Source: a virus
Taxonomy: Duplodnaviria > Heunggongvirae > Uroviricota > Caudoviricetes
IMG/VR virus record: IMGVR_UViG_2534681675_000014
Reading direction: 5' to 3' (one strand)
Length of the DNA: 51,064 bases
The position numbers and the translations under genes were made by a program. The notes below the pieces were generated by a model. It saw nothing but the letters and a program-made list of their open reading frames with translations. It was not told the DNA's origin and ran no database searches. Below, in pieces: positions 26,779-36,415 of this stretch. Each line of letters starts with the position of its first letter. Position 1 is the stretch's first letter.

Positions 26779-28060
26779 TGTGCCTCAGGCGCGATTTCTT
26801 TCAATGCCCCATAAATTTAAAGCCTATATTGCTGGTTTTGGCTCGGGCAAAACATGGGTTGGGTGTGGCGGCATATGCAAGGGGATTTGGGAGCATCCAG
26901 GTATAAATCAGGGATATTTTGCGCCAACGTATCCCCAAATTCGCGATATTTTTTACCCTACAGTGGAAGAAGTTGCTGCTGACTGGGGATTGAACGTAAA
27001 AATTAATGAGGGAAATAAAGAGGTTCACTTTTATTACGGACGCCAGTATCGGGGAACCACTATCTGCAGATCGATGGAGAAGCCACAAACGATCGTCGGT
27101 TTCAAAATTGGTAATGCGTTGGTGGATGAACTGGACATTTTGCCGAAGGAAAAAGCCAGAACGGCGTGGCGCAAGATAATTGCACGTATGCGTTATAAGA
27201 TTGATGGACTTCGCAACGGTATTGACGTTACAACCACGCCGGAAGGATTCAAATTTGTCTACGAGCAGTTTGTTAAAGCCGTGCGTGAAAAAACAGAGCT
27301 GGCCTCACTGTATGGTCTGGTGCAGGCATCTACTTTCGATAATGAAAAGAACCTGCCAGCAGATTACATTCCTTCGCTTCTTGAATCATACCCTCCAGAG
27401 CTGATTAAAGCCTATCTTCGAGGACAGTTTACTAACCTGACAAGTGGTACTGTTTACCATCAGTTTGACCGGAAACTGAATAATTGCGAAGAAGTGGAGC
27501 AGCCAGGGGAGCCGATTTATATTGGGATGGATTTTAACGTTGGAAAGATGGCGGGAATCGTCCATGTGCTGCGTTTGGGGCTTCCATGTGCGGTAACTGA
27601 AATCATCAATGCCTACGATACGCCGGATATGATCCGCATCATTAAAGAACGCTTCTGGCTGTATGATGGGAATGATTACCGGAAAGTGAGGGAAATTTAT
27701 ATTTATCCAGATGCTTCCGGGGATTCCAGAAAATCAAGTAACGCAAGTACGACGGATATAGCCCAGCTTAAGCAGGCTGGTTTTAACGTTGTGGTGAACA
27801 GCTCGAACCCGCCAGTAAAAGATCGCGTTAACTCAATGAATGCAATGTTCTGCAATGCCAATGGTGAGCGTCGCTATAAAGTTAATGTGAAGCGTTGCCC
27901 GTTATATGCCGAATCTCTGGAGCAACAGGTCTGGGATGAGAAGGGGGAGCCTGATAAAAAATCTGGCAATGATCACCCGAATGATGCCGGAGGTTATTTC
28001 ATCGTTAAGCAATTCCCTATTGTCAAACCGACCGGAAGAGTCACATCACTTCGGATTTAA
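26759..28060 (+). CDS. Terminase large subunit
   Basis: Walker A-like GFGSGKT near N-terminus; ATG 26759 with AAGGAG SD; size and position. Confidence 0.85.
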   Translation: MISPTLNVPQARFLSMPHKFKAYIAGFGSGKTWVGCGGICKGIWEHPGINQGYFAPTYPQIRDIFYPTVEEVAADWGLNVKINEGNKEVHFYYGRQYRGTTICRSMEKPQTIVGFKIGNALVDELDILPKEKARTAWRKIIARMRYKIDGLRNGIDVTTTPEGFKFVYEQFVKAVREKTELASLYGLVQASTFDNEKNLPADYIPSLLESYPPELIKAYLRGQFTNLTSGTVYHQFDRKLNNCEEVEQPGEPIYIGMDFNVGKMAGIVHVLRLGLPCAVTEIINAYDTPDMIRIIKERFWLYDGNDYRKVREIYIYPDASGDSRKSSNASTTDIAQLKQAGFNVVVNSSNPPVKDRVNSMNAMFCNANGERRYKVNVKRCPLYAESLEQQVWDEKGEPDKKSGNDHPNDAGGYFIVKQFPIVKPTGRVTSLRI

Positions 28061-28062
28061 TT

Positions 28063-29469
28063 ATGGCTGATATATCAACACCCAACCTCGACTATAACGA
28101 TATGCTGGAGGCGTGGGATATTAACGACGCACTGATGGGCGGTACGCTTGAAATGCGCAGGCAGGGGGAAAATTATCTCCCAAAATGGCCTAACGAAGAT
28201 GAAGACGCTTATAAAAAACGCCTGTCTGTGGCTACGCTACTTCCTGTGTATGAAGAAAGCATCAAGCAAAATATTGGGCGCATATTTGCAGAGCCGACAG
28301 TATTGAGTGAGGAAACGCCGGCAAAAATCAGGGAATATGCAGAAAATATCGACATGGAGGGGAGCCGACTGGATGTGTGGGCGCAGCAATTTTTCAGCCT
28401 CGCATTTCAGTATGGTGTGGCACATGCGCTGGTGGACTATCCACGAACGGATATGAAAGAGATTCGGACAAAAGCCGATGAAAACGCGACCGGTGGTCGT
28501 CCGTACGTTACGATGCTGAATCCACGCCAGGTTATTGGATGGAAATCGAAAGTTGAAAAAGGGAAAGTTGTTCTCACTGATTTGCGTATAAAAGAGGTCA
28601 TCATTATTGATGGTGATGATTTCGGGCAGAAGAAGGTGGAGCAGATCCGCCATATTATGCCCCGTCGAGTTGAAATTTATCGACGTAGCGAAGGCACTAA
28701 TGGCGAATCTGTCTGGACGCTTCATGAGTCATGGAATACCAGCCGTGATGATATTCCTCTGGTAACACTGTACACGAAGAAAACAGGATTTATGCGTGGT
28801 ACACCGCCATTGCTTAATCTTGGCTTGCTGAATATCAAGCACTGGCAAAGCCAGAGCGAGCAGGACAATATTCTTCATGTTGCCCGCGTTCCATTGCTGG
28901 TGGCCTACGGGCTGGACAGGAATGAAGAACTGACGGTTGGTGCATCCACCGCTACGATTTTTGAGGACAGAACAAAAAATGGCCTCGAATATGTTGAACA
29001 TAGTGGCGCAGCGATAGAATCTGGCGAAACATCACTTGAGAAGCTGGAAAATCAGATGCGTCATGCCGGCGCTAAACTTCTGCGTGCTGAAAATACATCC
29101 ACCAAATCTGTTGATCAGACTAATGAAGAGCGAATGCAGGAAAACTCGCCGCTTTATACAATGGCGAACTCCCTCGAAGATGCCCTCGATAATATTCTCC
29201 AGATAATGGCGGAATGGATCGGAGAGAGTTGCGGTGGCAATGTGGATGTGCGCACTGAACTGGATGTATCTGCCCAGGTGTTTGACTCATCCTCCGCGCT
29301 GGCTGTTCAGTCATTGCGTCAGGGCGGTGATATACGTCAGATTGATGCGGTTCGGGTGTTGCAGGCGTTGAAATTTATCGATCAGGATTCCCGTCCAGAG
29401 GAAGTGATCGATGAATTAAAAAATCAGAGTGTAATGCTGATGGAAATCAATGATGCAAACCGTGAATGA
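28063..29469 (+). CDS. Portal protein
   Basis: 468 aa immediately after terL; acidic C-terminus. Confidence 0.75.
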   Translation: MADISTPNLDYNDMLEAWDINDALMGGTLEMRRQGENYLPKWPNEDEDAYKKRLSVATLLPVYEESIKQNIGRIFAEPTVLSEETPAKIREYAENIDMEGSRLDVWAQQFFSLAFQYGVAHALVDYPRTDMKEIRTKADENATGGRPYVTMLNPRQVIGWKSKVEKGKVVLTDLRIKEVIIIDGDDFGQKKVEQIRHIMPRRVEIYRRSEGTNGESVWTLHESWNTSRDDIPLVTLYTKKTGFMRGTPPLLNLGLLNIKHWQSQSEQDNILHVARVPLLVAYGLDRNEELTVGASTATIFEDRTKNGLEYVEHSGAAIESGETSLEKLENQMRHAGAKLLRAENTSTKSVDQTNEERMQENSPLYTMANSLEDALDNILQIMAEWIGESCGGNVDVRTELDVSAQVFDSSSALAVQSLRQGGDIRQIDAVRVLQALKFIDQDSRPEEVIDELKNQSVMLMEINDANRE

Positions 29470-30565
29470 ACGGCTGCGTGATGAATCAATTGCTCATGCA
29501 GTCTGGATATCCCGCTATAGCACTGGCGTGGCTGCCAGAATGGTGAAAATACTGAATGACAGCGATGCGGAACTTACTGCTCGCCTGCTGATAGCACTGG
29601 ACAGCCTCGATCCAGGTAGTTTTACCGTTAAGCGCCTGGAGTCACTTCTGGCGAGCGTCAGAGAGGTTAACCGCACTGCTATTAACAGCATGTTTACCAG
29701 TCTCTCCGGAGAGCTGAACGAGCTGGCAATTTATGAGGCTGGTTATCAGTTAAGTCTGTTTGATTCTATGCTACCTGATTTTGTTGCTGATGTTCACCCT
29801 CTGGTTGGTATCTCTCCTGATGCACTTTATGCCGCTGCAATGGCGCGACCATTCCAGGGACGACTGCTCAGTGAGTGGGCCTCAGATCTTGAGGCGGATC
29901 GGCTCAGACGCATAACAAATACAGTGCGTCAGGGTTTTTTGCTGGGGGATACCAATGAGCAGATCGCAAGAAAAATTCGGGGACATGTCAGTAAGGGATT
30001 TCAGGATGGTGCATTGCAGATGAGCCGGGCTAATGCGGCCAGCATTGCAAAAACAGCGGTTGGACATCTTGCTGCTACTGCCCGTGAGAGTTTTGCCAGC
30101 GCGAATAATGATTTGATTAAGGGTAAGCAATGGTTATCAACGCTTGATAATCGTACTACGCCACAATGTCGAATCAGGGATCGCCTCAAATATACGCTGA
30201 ATAATAAACCTGTAGGTCACAGCGTGCCTTATTTGCAGGGGCCGGGAAAAATTCATTTCTGCTGCCGCTCAACGGAAACGTTCATTCTGAAATCAGCGAA
30301 GGAACTGGGTATTGATGTTCGCGATATTTCCCCGGCTGAGCGGGCCAGCATGGATGGAGTGGTGGCCGGAGATACAACCTACAGGGAATGGTTTTTGCGT
30401 CAGCCTTACACCAGACAAAAACAGATTGTGGGGGAAACCCGAGCAAAGCTGATTCGGGATGGTGGTATGTCGCCAGATGAATTTTACACCGATAAAGGCG
30501 AATGGCTGACGCTGAAGCAGCTCCGTGAGCGTGATGCACAGGTATTCAGAAAAGCAGGGATTTAA
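29450..30565 (+). CDS. Head morphogenesis protein (Mu gpF / SPP1 gp7-like)
   Basis: 371 aa after portal; position and length. Confidence 0.65.
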   Translation: MMQTVNERLRDESIAHAVWISRYSTGVAARMVKILNDSDAELTARLLIALDSLDPGSFTVKRLESLLASVREVNRTAINSMFTSLSGELNELAIYEAGYQLSLFDSMLPDFVADVHPLVGISPDALYAAAMARPFQGRLLSEWASDLEADRLRRITNTVRQGFLLGDTNEQIARKIRGHVSKGFQDGALQMSRANAASIAKTAVGHLAATARESFASANNDLIKGKQWLSTLDNRTTPQCRIRDRLKYTLNNKPVGHSVPYLQGPGKIHFCCRSTETFILKSAKELGIDVRDISPAERASMDGVVAGDTTYREWFLRQPYTRQKQIVGETRAKLIRDGGMSPDEFYTDKGEWLTLKQLRERDAQVFRKAGI

Positions 30566-30585
30566 ATAAATCATTTATTACAACA

Positions 30586-30609
30586 GGCTACCTTCGGGTG
30601 GCCTTTTTT
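30586..30609 (+). terminator. Terminator-like hairpin after the head morphogenesis gene
   Basis: ggctacc-ttcg-ggtggcc then T6. Confidence 0.4.
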
Positions 30610-30669
30610 ATTGCTGCGATCCGGATGGTGAGCAGCGTAACTGTCGGAAGAATTAAACCAGGTACTAAT

Positions 30670-31434
30670 ATGAAACTGAAAACGGTCGAGATTAACGGAA
30701 AACAATACGCAGAAATTGATACTGCTGGCCTGCCAGTTTATGTGCACGACGATGGTAAAGAAATTGGCTTCGATGCACCGCTGGCGACAAAAAAAATTAC
30801 AGAGCTTAATGGCGAGGCAAAAAATCATCGCCTGGCTAAAGAAGCTGCAGAGGAAAAACTGGCTAAGTTTGCCGCTATCGAAGACCCGAAGAAGGCGATC
30901 GAGGCACTGGAAATGCTGTCAAAAATCGACCAGAAAAAGCTGCTCGATGCGGGACAGGTTGACCAGGTTAAGGCAGAAATTACGAAAAATTTTCAGCAGC
31001 AATTAGATGAAGAAAAGCAACGCTCTCAGATGCTGGAGAAGCAGCTTTACGATTCTATGATTGGCGGTAGTTTTGCGGGTTCAAAATATATTGCCGATAA
31101 AATTGCGATCCCGGCAGATTTATTACAAGCCCGCTTCGGGCAGGCATTCAAAGTGGAAGAAGGGAGGATCGTTGCTTATGACGCTTCCGGCAACAAAATT
31201 TATTCCCGCGCGAAGCCTGGCGAACTGGCGCAGTTTGATGAGGCGCTGGAGTTCCTTGTCGAAAATTACCCTCAGAAAGACTACATCCTGAAAGCCAGTG
31301 GCAACAATGGCGGCGGCTCCCGTCCGACACAGCATGATATTGGTCAGAAAACGATGAAACGCTCTGCTTTTGATGCACTGGATGTTGCAGGTAAGCAAAA
31401 CGCATTGAAAGACGGTATCACAATCGTTGATTAA
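30670..31434 (+). CDS. Scaffolding protein
   Basis: 254 aa from ATG 30670, coiled-coil-like, acidic; immediately upstream of the major capsid gene. Confidence 0.55.
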   Translation: MKLKTVEINGKQYAEIDTAGLPVYVHDDGKEIGFDAPLATKKITELNGEAKNHRLAKEAAEEKLAKFAAIEDPKKAIEALEMLSKIDQKKLLDAGQVDQVKAEITKNFQQQLDEEKQRSQMLEKQLYDSMIGGSFAGSKYIADKIAIPADLLQARFGQAFKVEEGRIVAYDASGNKIYSRAKPGELAQFDEALEFLVENYPQKDYILKASGNNGGGSRPTQHDIGQKTMKRSAFDALDVAGKQNALKDGITIVD

Positions 31435-31532
31435 CACATTTGTCAGCTTCCGGATGGGAGCTGGTGTCAGGGCTGGATAGCTCATTACTCCATCTATTCA
31501 CAATTACGCAAATTTTTAAGGAATATTTAATT

Positions 31533-32672
31533 ATGGCTGGAAATACCCTGACCGGGTTGATCCCGACTATTTATACCGCCCTGGATGTTGTATCCCGTGA
31601 GCAGGTAGGTTTTATCCCTGCGGTAGCAAAAAACGCAAAAGCTGACGCCGCAGCAAAAGATCAGACGGTAACCGCGCCAGTTGCGCCTGAGGCGAAAACC
31701 GAAGATATCGTACCGGGGCCGTCAGCTCCGAATACCGGTGATCAAAATATTGGCACTGTTGATGTAAAAATTACTAAATCCAAAATGGCACCGGTTAAAT
31801 GGAATGGTGAAGAACAACTGGCTCTTGGCCCTTCAGGGACTTACAACACCATTCTGGCTGATCAGTTCAAGCAGGCTTTTCGCGCCCTTGCAAACGAGGT
31901 TGAGGCTGATCTTGGTGCGTTGTATTTCGGTGCTTCCCGCGCCGTGGGAACCGCAGGGACAACGCCGTTTGGTGTTAAAGATGATCTTTCTGATGCTGCT
32001 CTGGCTCGTCAGGTTCTGGAGGATAACGGCGCACCGACAACCGATCTGCAGATGGTGCTTGGCTCCACTGCCATTGCTAATTTGCGCGGAAAACAGTCTG
32101 TATTGTTTAAAGTGAATGAATCCGGCACTGAACAGCTACTGCGTGAGGGCGTGTTGGGGCGTCTGGAGGGATTCAATATTCACAGTTCGGCAGGTGTGAA
32201 ACGAGCGCCAAAGGTTGCTGCAACTGGTTATCTCGTGAATGGAGAGAAAAAAGAAGGCGATGTTCTTATTTCCATTGATACTGGTTCGGGGAGTATTTCT
32301 GCAGGTCAGATTGTTACGTTCGCTGGTGATCCGAATCAGTATGTTGTGGCAGCAGCGACCAGCAATCTGATTACTCTTGCAGCGCCCGGACTGCGTCAGG
32401 ATCTGGCCGATGATACTGCCATCACAGTTGTTGGGGCCTTTACTGCAAATATGGCGTTTGATCGCAACGCGTTTCTGCTGGCATCCCGTACTCCGGCAAT
32501 GCCGGAAGGTGGCGATAATGCTGATGATGTAATGAATGTTACGGACCCGATTTCAGGGATTACGTTCCAGATTGCATTGTATCGTCAGTATCGCCAGGTG
32601 CGCTATGAAGTTGGACTGGCATGGGGTGTTTCATCAGTGAAGCCGGCACATGGTTGTCTGATTCTTGGTTAA
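31533..32672 (+). CDS. Major capsid protein
   Basis: 379 aa from ATG 31533 (AAGGA SD); position after scaffold. Confidence 0.7.
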   Translation: MAGNTLTGLIPTIYTALDVVSREQVGFIPAVAKNAKADAAAKDQTVTAPVAPEAKTEDIVPGPSAPNTGDQNIGTVDVKITKSKMAPVKWNGEEQLALGPSGTYNTILADQFKQAFRALANEVEADLGALYFGASRAVGTAGTTPFGVKDDLSDAALARQVLEDNGAPTTDLQMVLGSTAIANLRGKQSVLFKVNESGTEQLLREGVLGRLEGFNIHSSAGVKRAPKVAATGYLVNGEKKEGDVLISIDTGSGSISAGQIVTFAGDPNQYVVAAATSNLITLAAPGLRQDLADDTAITVVGAFTANMAFDRNAFLLASRTPAMPEGGDNADDVMNVTDPISGITFQIALYRQYRQVRYEVGLAWGVSSVKPAHGCLILG

Positions 32673-32682
32673 ACATTCAAAC

Positions 32683-32702
32683 GGGGCTTCGGCCCCATTT
32701 TT
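32683..32702 (+). terminator. Terminator-like hairpin after the capsid gene
   Basis: ggggc-ttcg-gcccc followed by ATTTTTAAT. Confidence 0.4.
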
Positions 32703-32714
32703 AATGGGGGGCAT

Positions 32715-32891
32715 ATGGCCGGATTAACTAAAGAGCAAAGAGCACAGCGTGAAGCCGCACAAAAAACGCAAATTGAGTTAGTGGTTATGGTGACCGATTA
32801 TCAGATGTTTCCCGGCGCACCAACTATCGCTAATGTTCATCCTGATGAAGTTGACAACTGGAAGGCTATGGGCTGGAAAACTCAGGAGTAA
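32715..32891 (+). CDS. Small hypothetical protein (58 aa), below the ORF-track length cutoff
   Basis: Hand translation MAGLTKEQRAQREAAQKTQIELVVMVTDYQMFPGAPTIANVHPDEVDNWKAMGWKTQE; GGGGGG SD; fills the capsid-connector gap. Confidence 0.4.
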   Translation: MAGLTKEQRAQREAAQKTQIELVVMVTDYQMFPGAPTIANVHPDEVDNWKAMGWKTQE

Positions 32892-32894
32892 CAC

Positions 32895-33290
32895 ATGATC
32901 ACTTACGTGACCTGTGATGACGTTGATAATGCGTTTGGGAACGCCTGGACGAGTGAGAACGCTAAAAATAAAGCTGTTTTAATGGCTAATGCCTGGCTTA
33001 ATGGCTTCAACCTGAAAATTAACCCATCCCGTATTCCGGAAGAGGTAAAACTTGCGGGAGCATATGCAGCCAGAATTGCCTCATTCGGTAAGTTGTTTCA
33101 GCAGAAAAATGATTCTGGCGTTGTTATCAGTAAAGCCGTGTCGGCTGACGGGGTCAGTGTATCGAAATCATTTTCTGAGTTGCCAGCAAACAGTACTGCA
33201 TTGCTTGAACCCGATTTACAGCTTGCGATAGCACTGCTGAAACCGTACGGACTTAGTCGCTCACAAGTCAGGGTTGTGAGGGGGGGATAA
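32895..33290 (+). CDS. Head-tail connector / head completion protein
   Basis: 131 aa; AGGAG SD; position in head-tail joining block. Confidence 0.5.
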   Translation: MITYVTCDDVDNAFGNAWTSENAKNKAVLMANAWLNGFNLKINPSRIPEEVKLAGAYAARIASFGKLFQQKNDSGVVISKAVSADGVSVSKSFSELPANSTALLEPDLQLAIALLKPYGLSRSQVRVVRGG

Positions 33291-33673
33291 TGGGGCTTCG
33301 TGAAGAGATTCAGTCAGAGGTTGCCGCTGCTTTTGATGAGGATTTAGCGGACGCCGTGAGTGATTTTTCTGGTTCTTACGTTACGCACCGGCACTGGGAT
33401 CCTGTGACGGAAACTGGCGGCGAATCCACCGCAATCTATACCGGGCGAGGCGTGTTGACACGTTATAAGCTGGGCAGAATTGATGGGATTAATATTTTGC
33501 ATGGTGACCTTAAATTAACCGCTCTGGTATGCGAGGTTACGGATAAACCAGCTGTCGACCATATTATTGAGATTTATGATCCTGTATTAAGGCAGTTACA
33601 ACGATACGAGGTAATTACAGCGAGTGTAGATCCTTCCGCATCAGTTTACTCTATCCAGTTAAGGAGAGCGTAA
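33290..33673 (+). CDS. Head-tail adaptor protein
   Basis: 127 aa; start overlaps upstream stop; position. Confidence 0.5.
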   Translation: MGLREEIQSEVAAAFDEDLADAVSDFSGSYVTHRHWDPVTETGGESTAIYTGRGVLTRYKLGRIDGINILHGDLKLTALVCEVTDKPAVDHIIEIYDPVLRQLQRYEVITASVDPSASVYSIQLRRA

Positions 33674-34054
33674 ATGGCAAAGGCATGGGATATAGAACCG
33701 TCAATATTTGCCGGGATGATTGAGGAAGATGTGGGGCTGAAAATTCGCTACATCGCTATGCAGATTCTTACTGCTATTGATATTGCTGCTCCGGTTGATA
33801 CCGGACGTTTCAGAAATAACAACCTGGTGTCGTTACAGCATCCCGATTTTGGTATATCTGATAACGTGGATCCGAACGGTACGATTGCGGTTCAGCGTGG
33901 GATCGGGGTTATTTCGAAAGCTGCAAATTACGGAGTTATTTATATCCAGAATAACCTTCCTTATGCAGAGGCTCTTGAAAACGGTCATTCACAACAAGCG
34001 CCAACTGGCGTGTATGCCAACGCTTTTCATGGTGTTTTACAGGCTTACAAATGA
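33674..34054 (+). CDS. Neck/tail component (HK97 gp10-like)
   Basis: 126 aa; position. Confidence 0.5.
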   Translation: MAKAWDIEPSIFAGMIEEDVGLKIRYIAMQILTAIDIAAPVDTGRFRNNNLVSLQHPDFGISDNVDPNGTIAVQRGIGVISKAANYGVIYIQNNLPYAEALENGHSQQAPTGVYANAFHGVLQAYK

Positions 34055-34443
34055 CGTTTACTGAAATCAGAAATACGGTTATTTCCAGAATGACGGCACA
34101 GACGATTATTGATGGAAAAGACGTATTGTATCCGAACGCGCCAACGTTCGATCCTTCCGGTAAGTTAATCTGGGCGCGGTTAAGTAATATTCCCGGGCAG
34201 GCTGGAGTTAATGAAATTGGCGCGGGGCCGATTGTTTATCGCACGGGGATAATCATTATTCAGTTATTTGTCCCCGCAGGTTCTGGTTCAAAACTCATTA
34301 CTGAGACAGCCGATAAATTGCGGGAACTGTTTGAGTTTCAGGATGACGATCGTCTCAGTTACCAGGCTGTTTCCTCAATAGCCGTTGGCGAAAAGAATGG
34401 CTGGTTCCAGCTTAATCTTCAAATTCCATATCGCGCGCTCTAG
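34051..34443 (+). CDS. Tail terminator (gpU-like)
   Basis: 130 aa; immediately upstream of the major tail protein. Confidence 0.5.
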   Translation: MTFTEIRNTVISRMTAQTIIDGKDVLYPNAPTFDPSGKLIWARLSNIPGQAGVNEIGAGPIVYRTGIIIIQLFVPAGSGSKLITETADKLRELFEFQDDDRLSYQAVSSIAVGEKNGWFQLNLQIPYRAL

Positions 34444-34469
34444 CGCAATTAATGACATAGGAGGCTCCT

Positions 34470-35432
34470 GTGAGTTCAGGTGCAAAGGTTATCTCGGCAT
34501 TTATCCGGGAGACGGTTGCAGGCACTACGCCAGCAAGTGGTGACTGGAGTTTATTAAAACGCACAAGCTGGGGAGTAAAACCCACCCAGAATAAAGGCGA
34601 AAATAATGAGATTGGTGGCTCCCGGATGGCTCAGGGGGCGACGCCTGGCACTGTGGATGTCGGCGGTGATGTTGGTACCAAATTTCGCTGGGGTCAACAT
34701 GATGATTTTCTTGCATCCTGTTTCGGCGCGGAATGGTCAGGCGATTCTCTGACAATGGGGAATGAGCGAATAACATTTTCTCTAGCGACCTATGCGTCCG
34801 ATGTCGGAATTGCCTCTGTCGTCAGAGGAGCGCAGGTTGGCTCATGGAAAATGCAGATCCCTAACGACGGCGATATTACAGCGACCGTAACCTTTGCCGG
34901 ACTGGACTGGGAATCAAAGGCCGATGATACGAATTTTATCAAAGGCGAACCTGTGGATAGTGCAGGAAAGCTACGTTATTCGTTTAAGGAGGTTTCAGCA
35001 GTAAGCCTGAATGGTGTTGCCGGAGGTAACGGTTTTTGTATCGACAGTTTTGATATTCAGTTCGATAACAAACTCCAGACACAGCGTTGTATCGGGACTG
35101 GCTCGCCTTATGCAGGAGCAAATATTCCGACTACTTTTACACCGTCCGGTACGGTGACGCTTTCATGGTCTAAAGCCGCGTGGGAAATCTGGAGTAAAAC
35201 ACTGACTGGAGAAACAGTTCCGTTCAACTTTACGCTTTCGAATGGAGAGGGGGCATACACTTTCAGTTTCCCGAAGGTTCAGGTGTCAGGTGAATGGCCT
35301 GATGGGGGTAATAGCGACATTATCCAGGTTCAATTGAGCATTACCGCAGCAGATGAAGCACCTACGATAACCAGAAAAAAAAATTCCCCGGCTGCCGTGA
35401 TCGCAAAAGCCAGTGCTGAGGCGATTAGTTGA
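34470..35432 (+). CDS. Major tail tube protein (gpV-like, with C-terminal Ig-like extension)
   Basis: 320 aa; upstream of the G/GT chaperone pair and tape measure. Confidence 0.7.
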   Translation: MSSGAKVISAFIRETVAGTTPASGDWSLLKRTSWGVKPTQNKGENNEIGGSRMAQGATPGTVDVGGDVGTKFRWGQHDDFLASCFGAEWSGDSLTMGNERITFSLATYASDVGIASVVRGAQVGSWKMQIPNDGDITATVTFAGLDWESKADDTNFIKGEPVDSAGKLRYSFKEVSAVSLNGVAGGNGFCIDSFDIQFDNKLQTQRCIGTGSPYAGANIPTTFTPSGTVTLSWSKAAWEIWSKTLTGETVPFNFTLSNGEGAYTFSFPKVQVSGEWPDGGNSDIIQVQLSITAADEAPTITRKKNSPAAVIAKASAEAIS

Positions 35433-35480
35433 TTTTCCGTTATTCCTCCTGTGGTACTGCCCTACAGGGGGACGCATTGA

Positions 35481-35942
35481 ATGAGGTTATGGATGTTTAT
35501 TCTTAATCAGAAAATTATCATTGGTGGAGAACGCTGGTTTACGCCAATGAAGGACTTAAAACCTGTAGACGGGTTAAAACTGTTGGTGGCAAGCAGCGAT
35601 AACGATCAGTATCGCTCCCGTAATGCATTAATCCGTCGCCACATTGAGAAAATGGATGCCAGTTTGCACGTCGGAACGAAGGAGTTTGATATTTCAAAGG
35701 TTTCCGAGGTGGATTCTGTTGATGATTTACTCATTGATAATGCCGCTCGTTATCTGCTGAAAGACTGGAAAGGGGTTGGTGAACTGGTTAATGGTGTTGA
35801 GGTTGCACTGGAATATACGGCAGAACGAGGGATCGCGCTGCTTAAGCAGAATCCAGAGTTGTACTGGCAGATCCTTGCAGAAGCAGCCAGCATCGCCCAG
35901 GGTAAAGAGCAGCAGAAGCAGGATACGATAAAAAAGCCATAG
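35481..35942 (+). CDS. Tail assembly chaperone G
   Basis: 153 aa ending just after slippery A_AAA_AAG; between V and tape measure. Confidence 0.7.
   Translation: MRLWMFILNQKIIIGGERWFTPMKDLKPVDGLKLLVASSDNDQYRSRNALIRRHIEKMDASLHVGTKEFDISKVSEVDSVDDLLIDNAARYLLKDWKGVGELVNGVEVALEYTAERGIALLKQNPELYWQILAEAASIAQGKEQQKQDTIKKP
35930..35936 (+). other. Programmed -1 ribosomal frameshift slippery heptamer A_AAA_AAG (G to GT)
   Basis: Heptamer in G frame 2 codons before the stop; the -1 frame stays open to 36250. Confidence 0.65.
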
Positions 35943-36250
35943 CTGCCCAGCGGTGGTTATCGGAGTTCGGGGGAGAAAGGGGGGAAAAGGCAAGATGGAA
36001 GCGAGAAAAACTCAGGTTGCCACCGATACCGGAACCAGAAATAGACCCGGTGCTTAAGGAGTTGTTGTACGCCTATTCGGTAATATCCCGTGCCCGACGT
36101 TATGCTGGAATGGCTGGGGTGCCTTTGCCTTTATCTCTGACAGAGATAAATGAATATTTAGCCACTCATCCGGTATTGATTGAGCGCGATGAATTTGAAG
36201 CAGTGATCTTTGCACTGGATGACCAGTATTTTCAGGAGCAGTGTGTGTAG
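35936..36250 (+). CDS. Tail assembly chaperone T segment (expressed as G-T fusion by -1 frameshift)
   Basis: -1 frame open from 35906 to 36250; no independent strong start. Confidence 0.6.
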   Translation, partial: AIAAQRWLSEFGGERGEKARWKREKLRLPPIPEPEIDPVLKELLYAYSVISRARRYAGMAGVPLPLSLTEINEYLATHPVLIERDEFEAVIFALDDQYFQEQCV

Positions 36251-36415
36251 TTGTTAATTACGTACACTCTGTTACAGAGATGTGATGGTGTCTTTAATTA
36301 AATCGATGATGCTCCTGGAGAAAAGCATTGCGTGGCCTCGTAATCGCTATATCTACTATTATGTCGCCTGAAACCCACTTCGCGGTGGGTTTTTTGTTGT
36401 CAGGAGTTTTAATAA

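Noticed and set aside
26194-27088. Multiple overlapping ORFs on both strands within terS and the terL 5-prime end
   Set aside because: Nested in confidently placed terminase genes; likely chance ORFs.
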